Positions 19,320-29,802 of a stretch of DNA of 55,731 nucleotides are shown one piece after another (within the stretch, counting starts at the first letter, position 1; each line of letters begins with the position of its first letter). The stretch is from an uncultured Alphaproteobacteria bacterium (GTDB lineage: Bacteria > Pseudomonadota > Alphaproteobacteria > CALKHQ01): positions 1 through 55,731 of the forward strand of contig CALKHQ010000280.1 of assembly GCA_937988735.1 (NCBI GenBank), written 5' to 3'. The notes under the pieces are model-generated. The model was not told the origin of the DNA, did no database searches, and saw only the letters and a list, made by a program, of their open reading frames with translations. The position numbers and the translations under genes were made by a program.

Positions 19320-19462
19320 AAGACGAGGCGTTCGCGAAAAAAGGGGACGCCGGCAGCGCGGAGGGAGGCACCGCCACCGGAGCCCGGGCGGCCGCGGGAG
19401 GCCACGGGCACGCCGCAGCCTCCAGCCTGCCGCAGACATGGTTAATGCATTGTTACCGGGAT

Positions 19463-19486
19463 GCCCGCGTGCAGTTGTGCGCGGGC
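19463..19486 (-). terminator. GC hairpin downstream of secA
   Basis: gcccgcg-tgcagttgtg-cgcgggc, 18 nt beyond the secA stop on the minus strand. Confidence 0.4.
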
Positions 19487-19503
19487 GTCGCCGTCTGGCG
19501 GGC

Positions 19504-22230
19504 TCAGGCGGCGGCGCCGTGGCAGTGCTTGTACTTCTTCCCCGATCCGCAGGGGCAGGGGGCGTTCCGGGGCACCTTCGCGCTCGCAGCCGGTGAGGCC
19601 GCGGGTCGCGTGCGGGTGGCGACGCCGACGTCGCCGCCCGCGTCGCCCATCGGCGCACCGTCGCCGGCCGGCAGCGGGGCGCCGGCCGGATCGACCCGGC
19701 TTTCCACCATCCGCGCCGGCTGCGGCGCGGCGGGCGCCATCGCCTGCAGGTCGGCCGCCGGCCGAACCTCGACATGGGCCATCACCCGCGTCACCGACTC
19801 CCGCAGCCGCGCGAGCATCGACTCGAACATGTCGAACGCCTCGCGCTTGTACTCGTCCAGCGGGTTGCGCTGGGCGTGGGCGCGCAGGTTGATGCCCTGG
19901 CGGAGCTGGTCGAGATGGAGCAGGTGCTCCTTCCAGTGGAAGTCCAGCAGCTGCAGCAGCAGGTTCTTTTCCACCAGCCGCATCGATTCCGGGCCGATGG
20001 CGGCGGCCTTCTCCGCCATCTTCTTCTCGACCGCGTCGGCAATGCGCTGCCGGATCTCGGCGTCGGCGACGCCGTCCTCGGCCGCCCATTCCTTGATCGG
20101 CAGGTCGAGGCCGAAGATGCGCTTCACTTCCGCCGTCAGGCCCTCGACGTCCCACTGCTCGGCGTAGGCGCGCTCCGGCACGTGGGCGGCCATCAGCGCG
20201 TCCAGCGTCTCCTCGCGCATGTCGACGATGGTCTCGCCGACGTCGGTCGCCCGCATCAGCTCCTTGCGCTGCTCGTAGATGACCTTGCGCTGGTCGTTCA
20301 TCACGTCGTCGAACTTCAGCAGGTGCTTGCGCACCTCGAAGTTGCGCGCCTCGACCCGCGCCTGGGCCTTTTCCAGCGCCTTGTTCACCCAGGGATGGGA
20401 GATCGCCTCGTCTTCCTTCACGCCGAGGCGCTTCAGCATGGAGTCGATCTTGTCCGCCGCGAAGATGCGCATCAGGTCGTCTTCGAGCGACAGGAAGAAG
20501 ATCGAACGTCCGGGGTCGCCCTGACGGCCGGAGCGGCCGCGGAGCTGGTTGTCGATGCGCCGGCTCTCGTGGCGTTCGGTGCCGATCACGCAGAGCCCGC
20601 CGGCGGCCAGCGCCTGCTGGCGCTTCTCCGCGATCTCGGCCTTGATCTGCTCGATGCGCCGCGCGCGCTCCTCCTCGTCGGTGACATCGGCGAGTTCGCG
20701 CCGGATGCGCATCTCGAGGTTGCCGCCGAGCTGGATGTCGGTGCCGCGACCGGCCATGTTGGTCGCGATCGTCACCGCGCCCGGGATGCCCGCGTCGGCG
20801 ATGATGTAGGCCTCGGCCTCGTGATAGCGGGCGTTCAGCACGTTGTGCTTGATGCCGTGCTTCTTCAGCTTGGCCGACAGCTCCTCGGACTTCTCGATCG
20901 AGGTCGTGCCGACCAGCACCGGCTGGCCGCGCTTCTGGCAGTCGATGATCGTCTCGATCACCGCCTTGTCCTTCTCGGCGCGGGTCCGGTAGACGGCGTC
21001 GTCCTCGTCGATGCGGATCACCGGCAAGTTGGTCGGGATCTCGATGACGTCGAGCTTGTAGATCTCGGCGAACTCGCCGGCCTCGGTCATCGCCGTGCCG
21101 GTCATGCCGGCAAGCTTGGGATAGAGCCGGAAGTAGTTCTGGAAGGTGATCGACGCCAGCGTCTGGGTCTCGGCCTGGATCTGGACGCCTTCCTTGGCCT
21201 CGATCGCCTGATGCAGGCCCTCGGAGTAGCGGCGGCCCTCCATCATGCGGCCGGTGAACTCGTCGACGATGATCACCTTGCCGTCCTTGACGACATATTC
21301 GGTGTCGCGGCGGAACAGCTTGTGTGCGCGCAGCGCCTGCATCACGTGGTGGAGCTGGGTGATGTTGTGGCTGTCGTAGAGGCCGCCTTCCATCAGCCCG
21401 GCCTGGCGCAGCCGCTCCTCCATCACCTCGACGCCCTCGTCGGTCAGGGTGACCGTGCGCTGCTTCTCGTCGATCTCGTAGTGCTCGGGCTTGAGGTGCG
21501 GGATCTCCTTGTCGATGGCGCGATAGAGCGCGGAGGAGTCCTCGGCCTGGCCGGAGATGATCAGCGGGGTGCGCGCTTCGTCGATCAGGATCGAGTCCAC
21601 CTCGTCGACGATGGCGAAGTTCGGCTCGCGCTGGACCATCATGTCCAGCCGCAGCTTCATGTTGTCGCGCAGATAGTCGAAGCCGAGCTCGTTGTTGGTC
21701 GAATAGGTGATGTCGCAGGCGTAGGCCGCGCGCCGCTCCTCGTCCGTCAGCCCCGGCACGATGCAGCCGACGGTGAGCCCCAGGAAGCGGTGGATCTGGC
21801 CCATCCATTCGGAGTCGCGGCGGGCCAGGTAGTCGTTGACCGTGACGACGTGAACGCCCTTGCCGGTGAGCGCGTTGAGATAGGCGGCGAGCGTCGAGAC
21901 AAGCGTCTTGCCTTCGCCGGTCTTCATCTCGGCGATCATGCCGCGGTGCAGCACGATGCCGCCCATGAGCTGGACGTCGAAGTGGCGCTGGCCCAGTACC
22001 CGCTTCGCCGCCTCGCGGACGGTGGCGAAGGCCTCCACCAGGATGTCGTCGAGGGTCTCGCCGGCGGCGAGCCGCGCCTTCAGCTTGTCGGTCTGCCCGC
22101 GCAGCGCGTCGTCCGAAAGCTTCGAGATCTCCGGCTCCCGGGCATTGATCGCCTGCACCAGGGGCTGGAGCGACTTGATGTAGCGTTCGTTGGCAGTGCC
22201 GAACAGCTTACGCGCGACGGCGCCGAACAT
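19504..22230 (-). CDS. secA: Preprotein translocase ATPase SecA
   Basis: Start at [19 protein letters not shown] (codon 73 of track ORF 19504..22446). DEAD-like motor motifs ([39 protein letters not shown]) and C-terminal zinc finger [14 protein letters not shown]. Confidence 0.97.
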   Translation of the reverse strand: MFGAVARKLFGTANERYIKSLQPLVQAINAREPEISKLSDDALRGQTDKLKARLAAGETLDDILVEAFATVREAAKRVLGQRHFDVQLMGGIVLHRGMIAEMKTGEGKTLVSTLAAYLNALTGKGVHVVTVNDYLARRDSEWMGQIHRFLGLTVGCIVPGLTDEERRAAYACDITYSTNNELGFDYLRDNMKLRLDMMVQREPNFAIVDEVDSILIDEARTPLIISGQAEDSSALYRAIDKEIPHLKPEHYEIDEKQRTVTLTDEGVEVMEERLRQAGLMEGGLYDSHNITQLHHVMQALRAHKLFRRDTEYVVKDGKVIIVDEFTGRMMEGRRYSEGLHQAIEAKEGVQIQAETQTLASITFQNYFRLYPKLAGMTGTAMTEAGEFAEIYKLDVIEIPTNLPVIRIDEDDAVYRTRAEKDKAVIETIIDCQKRGQPVLVGTTSIEKSEELSAKLKKHGIKHNVLNARYHEAEAYIIADAGIPGAVTIATNMAGRGTDIQLGGNLEMRIRRELADVTDEEERARRIEQIKAEIAEKRQQALAAGGLCVIGTERHESRRIDNQLRGRSGRQGDPGRSIFFLSLEDDLMRIFAADKIDSMLKRLGVKEDEAISHPWVNKALEKAQARVEARNFEVRKHLLKFDDVMNDQRKVIYEQRKELMRATDVGETIVDMREETLDALMAAHVPERAYAEQWDVEGLTAEVKRIFGLDLPIKEWAAEDGVADAEIRQRIADAVEKKMAEKAAAIGPESMRLVEKNLLLQLLDFHWKEHLLHLDQLRQGINLRAHAQRNPLDEYKREAFDMFESMLARLRESVTRVMAHVEVRPAADLQAMAPAAPQPARMVESRVDPAGAPLPAGDGAPMGDAGGDVGVATRTRPAASPAASAKVPRNAPCPCGSGKKYKHCHGAAA

Positions 22231-22396
22231 GGGCATGAACTCGCTTGTGGTCGTTCTTGGCCGCAACACGTATCGCGCCCGCCGCCCGTGGCGGGGGCGC
22301 AGCTGCGGCAGTCGGGCCAAGGACAGATAAGGAGGCTGGCGGGGGCTGTCAATGTAAGAGGCCCCGCCAATCTGGGCATTTCCGCGGCAGCGCGGC

Positions 22397-23608
22397 CTAT
22401 GCCGCCCGCGCCGATCGGAGCCCGACCGCGGCGGTGGCGGCCGCAACTGCGCCGAGAACCGCCGCCACGATCGTGAACATGGTGGCGAAATCGAAGGCGC
22501 CGACCAGCGGCTGGCTGAGGAAGGGCGAGACGAACTGGCCGATGAAGAAGCTTGCGGTCAGTCCGCCGGCGACCCGGCCCCGGACCGCGACCGGCGCGAT
22601 TGCCAGCGCCGCGGCCATCAGGTTCGGCATCGAAATGCCCATGCCGACGCCCGCCACTGCCATCGCCGCCACCACGGCGAGATAACTGTGCGCGGCCCCG
22701 ACCAGCGCAATTCCCGCCGCCAGCAGCCCGAGGCCGAGGCCCAGCGTCGGCGCGACGCCCAGCCGGTTGCGGACGCGGGCGAACCCCAGGGACGCCACCG
22801 CCATGACCAGCGTCAGCGTGCCCATCGCGAGCCCGGTGCGGCTGGGCGTGTCGTCCGCCATCGTCTGCAGGAAGAACGGGAGCTGCGTCGGCAGCACGTA
22901 GAAGGTGATCATGCTGAGGAGCGCGAGCCCGAACAGCGCGAACACGGCGAGCGCCCAGCCGGGAGCGCCGGTCGCGGCCGCCGCACCGCCCGCGCCGTGC
23001 CGCTGTCCCCGCGCCGGCTCGTACAGCCACAGCAGCACCGCCGGCAGCAGGGCGAAGGCGACGCCATAGACGGCGAAGGGCGCACGCCAGTGCATCTCGG
23101 CGAGGAGCCCGCCGCCAACGAGGAACACGATGCCGCCGACGCCGATGAACGCCGACTGCCGGCCCATGAAGCGGTCGCGCTCGGCGCCGGTGAAATAGTC
23201 GCCGACCAGCGCCGTTCCCGTCGTCATCGTGCCGGCGACCGCCATGCCGAGCAGCGCGCGGCCAGCGAGGATGGCGAACAGGCTGTCCACCACCAGTCCG
23301 GACATGCCGGAGAAGCCGTAGGCGACGATTGCGAGCAGCAGGAGCCGGCGCCGGCCGTAGCGGTCGGCGATGAAACCGGCCAGCGGAGCGCTGAGCGCGA
23401 TGAACAGCGCCGGGATCGTCAGCACCAGCCGCGCCAGCAGCGCCACGTTCTCCGTGTCGGCGAAGCGCGCCTCGATCGCCGGCAGCGACGGCGCGATGGT
23501 GGTGCCCGACATCATGGTGAGCGAAGCAACCAGCAGCAGCGTCAGGTTGCGGGCCCGCGTCGAACCTGTTCCGGCGGCCGTCGAGGCCGCAGTCGCACTG
23601 TCTGTCAT
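22397..23608 (-). CDS. MFS transporter
   Basis: C-terminal 403 aa of composite ORF 22397..25237, start [10 protein letters not shown]. Twelve hydrophobic helices and the MFS loop motif [10 protein letters not shown] between TM2 and TM3. Confidence 0.8.
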   Translation of the reverse strand: MTDSATAASTAAGTGSTRARNLTLLLVASLTMMSGTTIAPSLPAIEARFADTENVALLARLVLTIPALFIALSAPLAGFIADRYGRRRLLLLAIVAYGFSGMSGLVVDSLFAILAGRALLGMAVAGTMTTGTALVGDYFTGAERDRFMGRQSAFIGVGGIVFLVGGGLLAEMHWRAPFAVYGVAFALLPAVLLWLYEPARGQRHGAGGAAAATGAPGWALAVFALFGLALLSMITFYVLPTQLPFFLQTMADDTPSRTGLAMGTLTLVMAVASLGFARVRNRLGVAPTLGLGLGLLAAGIALVGAAHSYLAVVAAMAVAGVGMGISMPNLMAAALAIAPVAVRGRVAGGLTASFFIGQFVSPFLSQPLVGAFDFATMFTIVAAVLGAVAAATAAVGLRSARAA

Positions 23609-23692
23609 GGGTCCGGTTTCCTGGGCGGCGCGGGCAGGTGAGGTTGATAGAATCCCGACCGCGGTCGAGGTCAAGCGACGCGGCTGCCGGTC

Positions 23693-23708
23693 TGTGACGA
23701 CGGTCACA
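23693..23708. promoter_or_regulatory. Palindrome TGTGAC-N4-GTCACA in the MFS/urtA divergent spacer
   Basis: Read directly (tgtgacgacggtcaca), about 107 nt upstream of the sigma-54 -24 element. Possible activator or repressor site; the binding protein is unknown. Confidence 0.25.
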
Positions 23709-23814
23709 CGACCTGCCTGCGAAAGCAGCAGCCGCGCATCCACTGCCTGAATGGCCGCCGAAGAATCCGGCAGCGGCGCCCGAACGCCTGCGCGCCTTGC
23801 GGTCGTTCGCCCGC

Positions 23815-23830
23815 TGGCACGCCCCTTGCT
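23815..23830 (+). promoter_or_regulatory. Sigma-54 (RpoN) -24/-12 promoter of the urt operon
   Basis: TGGCAC-gcccc-TTGCT matches the TGGCAC-N5-TTGCW consensus exactly. The -12 element ends 28-40 nt before the candidate urtA start codons. Confidence 0.75.
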
Positions 23831-23869
23831 TACTCTCGCTGCAGTGCAGCAAAACCGATGGGGGCAGGC

Positions 23870-25165
23870 ATGACACGATGGGGTATCGGGCGGCTGGTCA
23901 GCGCATTCGCCGCGACGACGGCGCTGGTTGCGGCGGTCGGCGCCGCGCGGGCCCAGGAGGGCGAGCCGATCAAGGTCGGCGTTCTCCACTCGCTCTCCGG
24001 CACCATGGCGATCAGCGAGACCACGCTCAAGGACGTGATGCTGATGCTGATCGAGGAGCAGAACGCGAAGGGCGGGCTGCTCGGCCGGCCGCTGGAGGCG
24101 GTGGTGGTGGATCCCGCCTCCGACTGGCCGCTGTTCGCCGAGAAGGCGCGCGAGCTCCTCGAGCAGGAACGGGTGGACGTGGTGTTCGGCTGCTGGACCT
24201 CGGTCAGCCGCAAGTCGGTGCTGCCGGTGTTCGAGGAGCTGAACGGGCTGCTGTTCTATCCCGTGCAGTACGAGGGCGAGGAAAGCTCGCGCAACGTCTT
24301 CTACACCGGCGCGGCGCCGAACCAGCAGGCGATCCCGGCGGTCGAATACCTGATGAGCGAAGACGGCGGCGGCGCCCAGCGCTGGGTGCTGCTCGGCACC
24401 GACTACGTCTATCCGCGCACGACCAACAAGATCCTGCGCGCCTTCCTCAACGCCCATGGTGTCTCGGACGAGGACATCATGGAGGAGTACACGCCCTTCG
24501 GCCATTCCGACTGGCAGACCATCGTCGCGCAGGTGAAGGAGTTCGCGAGCCAGGGCAAGCCGACCGCCGTCATCTCCACCATCAACGGCGACGCCAACGT
24601 GCCCTTCTACAAGGAGCTCGCCAACCAGGGCATTTCGGCCGAGGACATCCCGGTCATCGCCTTCTCCGTCGGCGAGGAGGAGCTGGCGGGTCTCGACACC
24701 GCGCCGCTGGTCGGCCACCTCGCGGCGTGGAACTACTTCATGTCGGTGGACACGCCGGAGAACGCGGCGTTCATCGAAGCCTGGCACGCCTTCATCGGTG
24801 ACCCGAACCGCGTTACCAATGACCCGATGGAGGCCCACTACATCGGCTTCAACATGTGGGTGCAGGCGGTCACGCAGGCCGGGACCACCGATGTCGATGC
24901 CGTGCGCCAGGCGATGTACGGCCAGCAGGTGCCGAACCTGACCGGCGGTATCGCGGTGATGAACACCAATCATCACCTGTCGAAGCCGGTGCTGATCGGC
25001 GAGATCCTCGAGGACGGCCAGTTCGACGTCGTCTGGCAGACCGACGACGTGGTCGTCGGCGACGCCTGGTCCGACTACATTCCGGAGAGCGCGGTGCTGA
25101 CCGCCGACTGGACCTGGCCCTGGGTCTGCGGCGGCTGCCAGGAACCCCTCTACGGCAAGAACTAG
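23870..25165 (+). CDS. urtA: Urea ABC transporter substrate-binding protein
   Basis: IKVGVLHSLSGTMAISE..., VFGCWTSVSRKSVLPVFE, LLFYPVQYEG, LLGTDYVYPRTTN, STINGDANVPFYKE are characteristic UrtA strings. ATG 23870 has a GGGGG Shine-Dalgarno; ATG 23858 is the alternative. Confidence 0.9.
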   Translation: MTRWGIGRLVSAFAATTALVAAVGAARAQEGEPIKVGVLHSLSGTMAISETTLKDVMLMLIEEQNAKGGLLGRPLEAVVVDPASDWPLFAEKARELLEQERVDVVFGCWTSVSRKSVLPVFEELNGLLFYPVQYEGEESSRNVFYTGAAPNQQAIPAVEYLMSEDGGGAQRWVLLGTDYVYPRTTNKILRAFLNAHGVSDEDIMEEYTPFGHSDWQTIVAQVKEFASQGKPTAVISTINGDANVPFYKELANQGISAEDIPVIAFSVGEEELAGLDTAPLVGHLAAWNYFMSVDTPENAAFIEAWHAFIGDPNRVTNDPMEAHYIGFNMWVQAVTQAGTTDVDAVRQAMYGQQVPNLTGGIAVMNTNHHLSKPVLIGEILEDGQFDVVWQTDDVVVGDAWSDYIPESAVLTADWTWPWVCGGCQEPLYGKN

Positions 25166-25171
25166 GAAGGC

Positions 25172-25201
25172 GCGGGCGGTCGGGGTCCTGATCCCGCCCG
25201 C
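25172..25201 (+). other. Intra-operon GC hairpin between urtA and urtB
   Basis: gcgggcgg-N14-ccgcccgc, 7 nt after the urtA stop. Such hairpins after the binding-protein gene commonly act as partial terminators or mRNA stabilisers. Confidence 0.4.
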
Positions 25202-25223
25202 TCCGACGCGCGGCCAATCCGCC

Positions 25224-26885
25224 ATGTCCCGCTTCACCCACAGCCACCGTCGCCCTTCGGCGCTGCGCAGCCTCGCCCGGCTGGCGGTGCTGACCCTGCT
25301 GGCGATGGCGGCCCTCGTCGGCCCGGCCGAGGCCCAGCCCGACGACGCGCTGCGCGCGCTGCTGCCGGCGCTGGCGGAAGGCAGCTACAGCGACAAGGGC
25401 AATGCCGTCATCGCCTTCGCCGCGACCGGCGACCCGCGGGTGGTGCCGGTGCTGGAGGCGATGGCGGACCGCCGGCTCTACACGCTGGCGGCCGACGGCT
25501 CCGTGGTCATCGCGGACGAGGTGGACGGCGGCTTCCTCGTCCGCGACCCGCTGACGCTCGAGGAGATCGGCGTCGTCGCCAAGGCGGAGCTGGAGCAGGT
25601 CAAGACCAACAACGGGCTGCGCAGCACGATCCGCGATGCCCTCGGCGGGCTCACCCTGCTGGGGCCGGACCCGGCGCAGCGGCTCGCGGCGGCGAGCCGG
25701 GTGTTCGGTTCGCGCGACGCCGGCGCGCTGCCGGCGCTGGAGGCGGCGATCGCGGCGGAGGAGGTGGAGGCCGTCCGCGATGCGATGATCCGCGCCCGGG
25801 CTGCGGTGCTGCTCGGCTCCGGCGACCAGGAACAGCGGCTGGCCGCGACCGACACCCTCTCCGGCTACACCGATCCCGAGGTCCGCTCGCTGCTCGCCGC
25901 GATGATGCGGGGCGAGGCGGACCCGCAGGTGCGCGCCGCGATGGAGGACGCGCTCGCGGCGATCGAGCGGACTCTCGCGCTGTGGCGCTTCGCGGGCAGC
26001 CTGTTCGAGGGGTTCTCGATGGGCTCCGTCCTGCTGCTCGCGGCGATCGGGCTCGCCATCACCTTCGGCGTGATGGGCGTGATCAACATGGCGCACGGCG
26101 AGATGATGATGCTGGGCGCCTACACGACCTTCGTGGTGCAGGAGCTGTTCCGGCTGCATGCGCCGGCCTGGTTCGACTGGTCGCTCGCGGTGGCGATTCC
26201 GGCGGCCTTCATCGTGGCGGCGGCGGTGGGGGTCGCGATCGAGCGCAGCATCATCCGCTGGCTCTACGGCCGGGCGCTGGAAACCCTGCTCGCAACCTGG
26301 GGGCTCAGCCTGATCCTGCAGCAGGCGGTGCGCACCATCTTCGGGCCGAACAACCGCGAGGTCGGCAACCCGGCCTTCATGCAGGGCGCGCTCGACCTCG
26401 GTTCCGGCCTCACCCTCACCTACAGCCGGATGTACATCCTCGCCTTCTGCCTGATCGTCTTCGTCGGGCTGATCCTGATGATGAAGCGGACGCCGTTCGG
26501 GCTGCAGATGCGGGCGGTGACCGCCAACCGGCCGATGGCTCAGGCGATGGGCATCCGCACCGGCCGCGTCGACGCAATGACCTTCGGGCTCGGCTCGGGC
26601 ATCGCCGGGCTCGCCGGGGTCGCGCTCAGCCAGATCGACAACGTCAGCCCGAACCTGGGCCAGGCCTACATCATCGACAGCTTCCTGGTGGTGGTCTTCG
26701 GCGGCGTCGGCAACCTGTGGGGCACCTTCGCCGGCGGCATGACGCTGGGCGTCGCCAACAAGCTGCTGGAGCCGTGGTCGGGCGCAGTGCTCGGCAAGAT
26801 CATCATCCTGGTGGCGGTGATCCTTTTCATCCAGAAGCGGCCGCGCGGGCTGTTCGCGCTGAAGGGCCGTGCGGTGGAGGCGTGA
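25224..26885 (+). CDS. urtB: Urea ABC transporter permease UrtB with about 240-aa N-terminal periplasmic HEAT-like extension
   Basis: C-terminal LivH-type permease (GSVLLLAAIGLAITFGVMGVINMAHGEMMMLGAY...). N-terminal signal peptide plus repeated DPxVR helices (DPRVVPVLEAM, DPAQRLAAA, DPEVRSLLAAMM, DPQVRAAMEDAL). Confidence 0.88.
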   Translation: MSRFTHSHRRPSALRSLARLAVLTLLAMAALVGPAEAQPDDALRALLPALAEGSYSDKGNAVIAFAATGDPRVVPVLEAMADRRLYTLAADGSVVIADEVDGGFLVRDPLTLEEIGVVAKAELEQVKTNNGLRSTIRDALGGLTLLGPDPAQRLAAASRVFGSRDAGALPALEAAIAAEEVEAVRDAMIRARAAVLLGSGDQEQRLAATDTLSGYTDPEVRSLLAAMMRGEADPQVRAAMEDALAAIERTLALWRFAGSLFEGFSMGSVLLLAAIGLAITFGVMGVINMAHGEMMMLGAYTTFVVQELFRLHAPAWFDWSLAVAIPAAFIVAAAVGVAIERSIIRWLYGRALETLLATWGLSLILQQAVRTIFGPNNREVGNPAFMQGALDLGSGLTLTYSRMYILAFCLIVFVGLILMMKRTPFGLQMRAVTANRPMAQAMGIRTGRVDAMTFGLGSGIAGLAGVALSQIDNVSPNLGQAYIIDSFLVVVFGGVGNLWGTFAGGMTLGVANKLLEPWSGAVLGKIIILVAVILFIQKRPRGLFALKGRAVEA

Positions 26886-26886
26886 G

Positions 26887-28068
26887 ATGAGCCTGTCGCC
26901 CGACGCCGCCCGCACGTCCCCGCTCGCCCGCATCGATCGCCCGGGGCAGACGTTCCTGCTGCTCCTCCTCGCCACCGCCGTGGCGGTGCCGGTGCTGAAC
27001 CTGGCGGTGCCGCCGTCCTCGCCGTTCCACGTGCCGTCGTGGCTGGTGCCGCTGTTCGGCAAGTACCTCTGCTACGCCCTGCTCGCGGTGGCGGTCGACC
27101 TCGTCTGGGGTTTCTGCGGCATTCTCAGCCTCGGCCACGGCGCCTTCTTCGCGCTCGGCGGCTACGCGATGGGCATGTACCTGATGCGCCAGATCGGCGA
27201 CCGCGGCGTCTACGGCAACGCGGAGCTGCCGGACTTCATGGTGTTCCTGAACTGGACGGAGCTTCCCTGGTTCTGGCACGGCTTCGACAGCTTCGCCTTC
27301 GCGCTGGTGATGGTGGTGCTGGTGCCCGGGCTGCTGGCGCTGGTGTTCGGCTGGTTCGCCTTCCGTTCGCGGGTGACCGGCGTCTACCTGTCGATCATCA
27401 CCCAGGCGATGACCTTCGCGCTGATGCTGCTGTTCTACCGCAACGACACCGGCTTCGGCGGCAACAACGGGCTCACCGACTTCAAGGAGATCCTCGGCTT
27501 CGGCATCCAGGCCGACAGCACCCGGGCCGGCCTGTTCGTGGCGAGCGCGCTCGCGCTCGGCATCGGCTACGTCATCTGCCGCCTGGTCGTCACCTCCAGG
27601 GCGGGGCGGGTGATGATGGCGATCCGCGATGCGGAGAGCCGGGCCCGGTTCCTCGGCTACCGGGTCGAGCACTACAAGCTGTTCGCCTTCACCCTCTCGG
27701 CGGTGCTGGCCGGAATCGCCGGCGCCCTCTACGTGCCGCAGGTCGGCATCATCAACCCGCGCGAGTTCTCGCCGGCGAGCTCGATCGAGATCATCATCTG
27801 GGTCGCGGTCGGCGGGCGGGGCACGCTGGTCGGGGCGGTGCTGGGCGCGCTCCTCATCAACTACGGCAAGTCCTACTTCACCACCGTCGAGCCGGAATCC
27901 TGGCTGTTCATCCTCGGCGGCCTGTTCATCGCGGTCACCCTGTTCTTCCCCCGGGGCATCCTTGGCAGCCTCGCCGGCTGGTGGGGCGGCTGGCGGGCGG
28001 GGCGGCGGGCCGCACGGGCGCCGGCTCCGGCGCCGGCACCGAGCGCGGTCGAGGAGCCGGCGGAATGA
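26887..28068 (+). CDS. urtC: Urea ABC transporter permease
   Basis: ATG 26887, 1 nt after the urtB stop. LivM-type core LCYALLAVAVDLVWGFCGILSLGHGAFFALGGY... Confidence 0.88.
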   Translation: MSLSPDAARTSPLARIDRPGQTFLLLLLATAVAVPVLNLAVPPSSPFHVPSWLVPLFGKYLCYALLAVAVDLVWGFCGILSLGHGAFFALGGYAMGMYLMRQIGDRGVYGNAELPDFMVFLNWTELPWFWHGFDSFAFALVMVVLVPGLLALVFGWFAFRSRVTGVYLSIITQAMTFALMLLFYRNDTGFGGNNGLTDFKEILGFGIQADSTRAGLFVASALALGIGYVICRLVVTSRAGRVMMAIRDAESRARFLGYRVEHYKLFAFTLSAVLAGIAGALYVPQVGIINPREFSPASSIEIIIWVAVGGRGTLVGAVLGALLINYGKSYFTTVEPESWLFILGGLFIAVTLFFPRGILGSLAGWWGGWRAGRRAARAPAPAPAPSAVEEPAE

Positions 28069-28835
28069 TCGCGGCCGCCGTCACCCGCCGCGAGCCGAGC
28101 TCGGCGCTGCTCTACGTCGACGACGTGACCGTCAGCTTCGACGGCTTCCGCGCGCTCAACGGGCTCAGCTTCTACGTGGACCCCGGCGAGATGCGCGCGG
28201 TGATCGGGCCGAACGGCGCCGGCAAGACGACGATGATGGACGTGATCACCGGCAAGACGCGACCCGACAGCGGCCGGGTGCTGTTCAGGGACCGCTACGA
28301 CCTCACCGCCATGGACGAGGCCGCGATTGCCAGTATCGGCATCGGTCGCAAGTTCCAGAAGCCGACGGTGTTCCCGCAGCACAGCGTGTTCGAGAACCTC
28401 GAGCTCGCGCTCGCCGGCAGGCGCGGGGTGTGGCCGACGCTGTTCGCCCGGCTCGACGGGCGCCAGCGCCGCCGGATCGACGAGGTGCTGGACACGATCG
28501 GGCTCGGCGCCGAGCGGACGCGCCCGGCCGGCACCCTTTCCCACGGCCAGAAGCAGTGGCTGGAGATCGGCATGCTGCTGATCCAGGACCCGGAGCTGCT
28601 GTTCCTCGACGAGCCGGTGGCGGGCATGACCGACGCGGAAACCGCGCAGACGGCGGACCTGCTGCGCGGGATCGCCGGCCGGCATTCGATCGTGGTGGTC
28701 GAGCACGACATGGAGTTCGTCCGCGCGCTCGACGTGCGGGTGACGGTGCTGCACGAGGGCTCGGTGCTGGCCGAGGGCTCGCTCGCCCACGTGCAGCAGG
28801 ATCCTCGGGTGATCGAGGTCTATCTGGGGCGATGA
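28065..28835 (+). CDS. urtD: Urea ABC transporter ATP-binding protein
   Basis: ATGA overlap with urtC. Walker A GPNGAGKTT, signature LSHGQKQWLEIGM, Walker B LLFLDEPVAGM. Confidence 0.9.
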   Translation: MIAAAVTRREPSSALLYVDDVTVSFDGFRALNGLSFYVDPGEMRAVIGPNGAGKTTMMDVITGKTRPDSGRVLFRDRYDLTAMDEAAIASIGIGRKFQKPTVFPQHSVFENLELALAGRRGVWPTLFARLDGRQRRRIDEVLDTIGLGAERTRPAGTLSHGQKQWLEIGMLLIQDPELLFLDEPVAGMTDAETAQTADLLRGIAGRHSIVVVEHDMEFVRALDVRVTVLHEGSVLAEGSLAHVQQDPRVIEVYLGR

Positions 28836-28913
28836 GGATGCTGATGGTGAGTCTCGCCCTCTGTACCCTCGCATCCGCCCGACGCGGCTCGCGTCCGTTC
28901 CCTCCCCCGGCCC

Positions 28914-28945
<32 letters not shown>

Positions 28946-29072
28946 CGCCGGGTTCGGCAACCGGAACGACCGTCGCGCGCACGGCCAGGGGGCCGGCCGG
29001 CGCACCGGTGGCGCCGCCGTCGCCCCCTCCCGTCCCTGCCTGCGCCGGGGCGCCGCGCCAGCGAGGCCTGCC

Positions 29073-29774
29073 GTGCTGACCGTCGCCGGGCTCCACGTCT
29101 ACTACGGCGCCAGCCACGCGCTCCGCGGCGTCGACATTACGGCGGAGAAGGGCAAGGTCACCTGCGTCCTCGGCCGCAACGGCGTCGGCAAGTCGAGCCT
29201 GCTCAAGGCGATCATGGGGCTGGAGCCGGCGGCGCGCGGGTCGATCACCTGGGCCGGCCAGGACATCACCCGGCTGCCGCCACACCGGCGCGCCGCCGCC
29301 GGCATCGGCTACGTGCCGCAGGGCCGCGAGATCTTCCCGTTGCTGACGGTGGAGGAGAACCTGAGGTCGGGCTTCGCCGCCCTGCCGCGAGGGAAGCGCA
29401 GCATTCCGGACGAGGTGTTCACCCTGTTCCCGGTGCTGAAGGACATGCTGCGCCGGCGCGGCGGCGACCTGTCCGGCGGCCAGCAGCAGCAGCTCGCCAT
29501 CGCCCGCGCCCTCGTTACCAGGCCCAGCCTTCTCATCCTCGACGAGCCGACCGAGGGCATCCAGCCGTCGATCATCAAGCAGATCGAGGAGATCATCCGC
29601 CTGCTCGCCCGGCGGGGCGACATGGCGATGGTGCTGGTCGAGCAGTATTTCGAGTTCGCCCGCGACCTTGCCGACAGCTTCGCGGTGCTGGACCGCGGGG
29701 AGGTGGTGCTGGTGGGGGATCGCGCCATGCTGCTCGCCCGCGAGGACGAGGTCCGCCGCCACCTCACCGTCTGA
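29073..29774 (+). CDS. urtE: Urea ABC transporter ATP-binding protein
   Basis: GTG start. Walker A GRNGVGKSS, signature LSGGQQQQLAIARAL, Walker B LLILDEPTEGIQP. Confidence 0.9.
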   Translation: MLTVAGLHVYYGASHALRGVDITAEKGKVTCVLGRNGVGKSSLLKAIMGLEPAARGSITWAGQDITRLPPHRRAAAGIGYVPQGREIFPLLTVEENLRSGFAALPRGKRSIPDEVFTLFPVLKDMLRRRGGDLSGGQQQQLAIARALVTRPSLLILDEPTEGIQPSIIKQIEEIIRLLARRGDMAMVLVEQYFEFARDLADSFAVLDRGEVVLVGDRAMLLAREDEVRRHLTV

Positions 29775-29802
29775 CCCGTCGCCAGCCGATCCGGGTGCGT
29801 CG

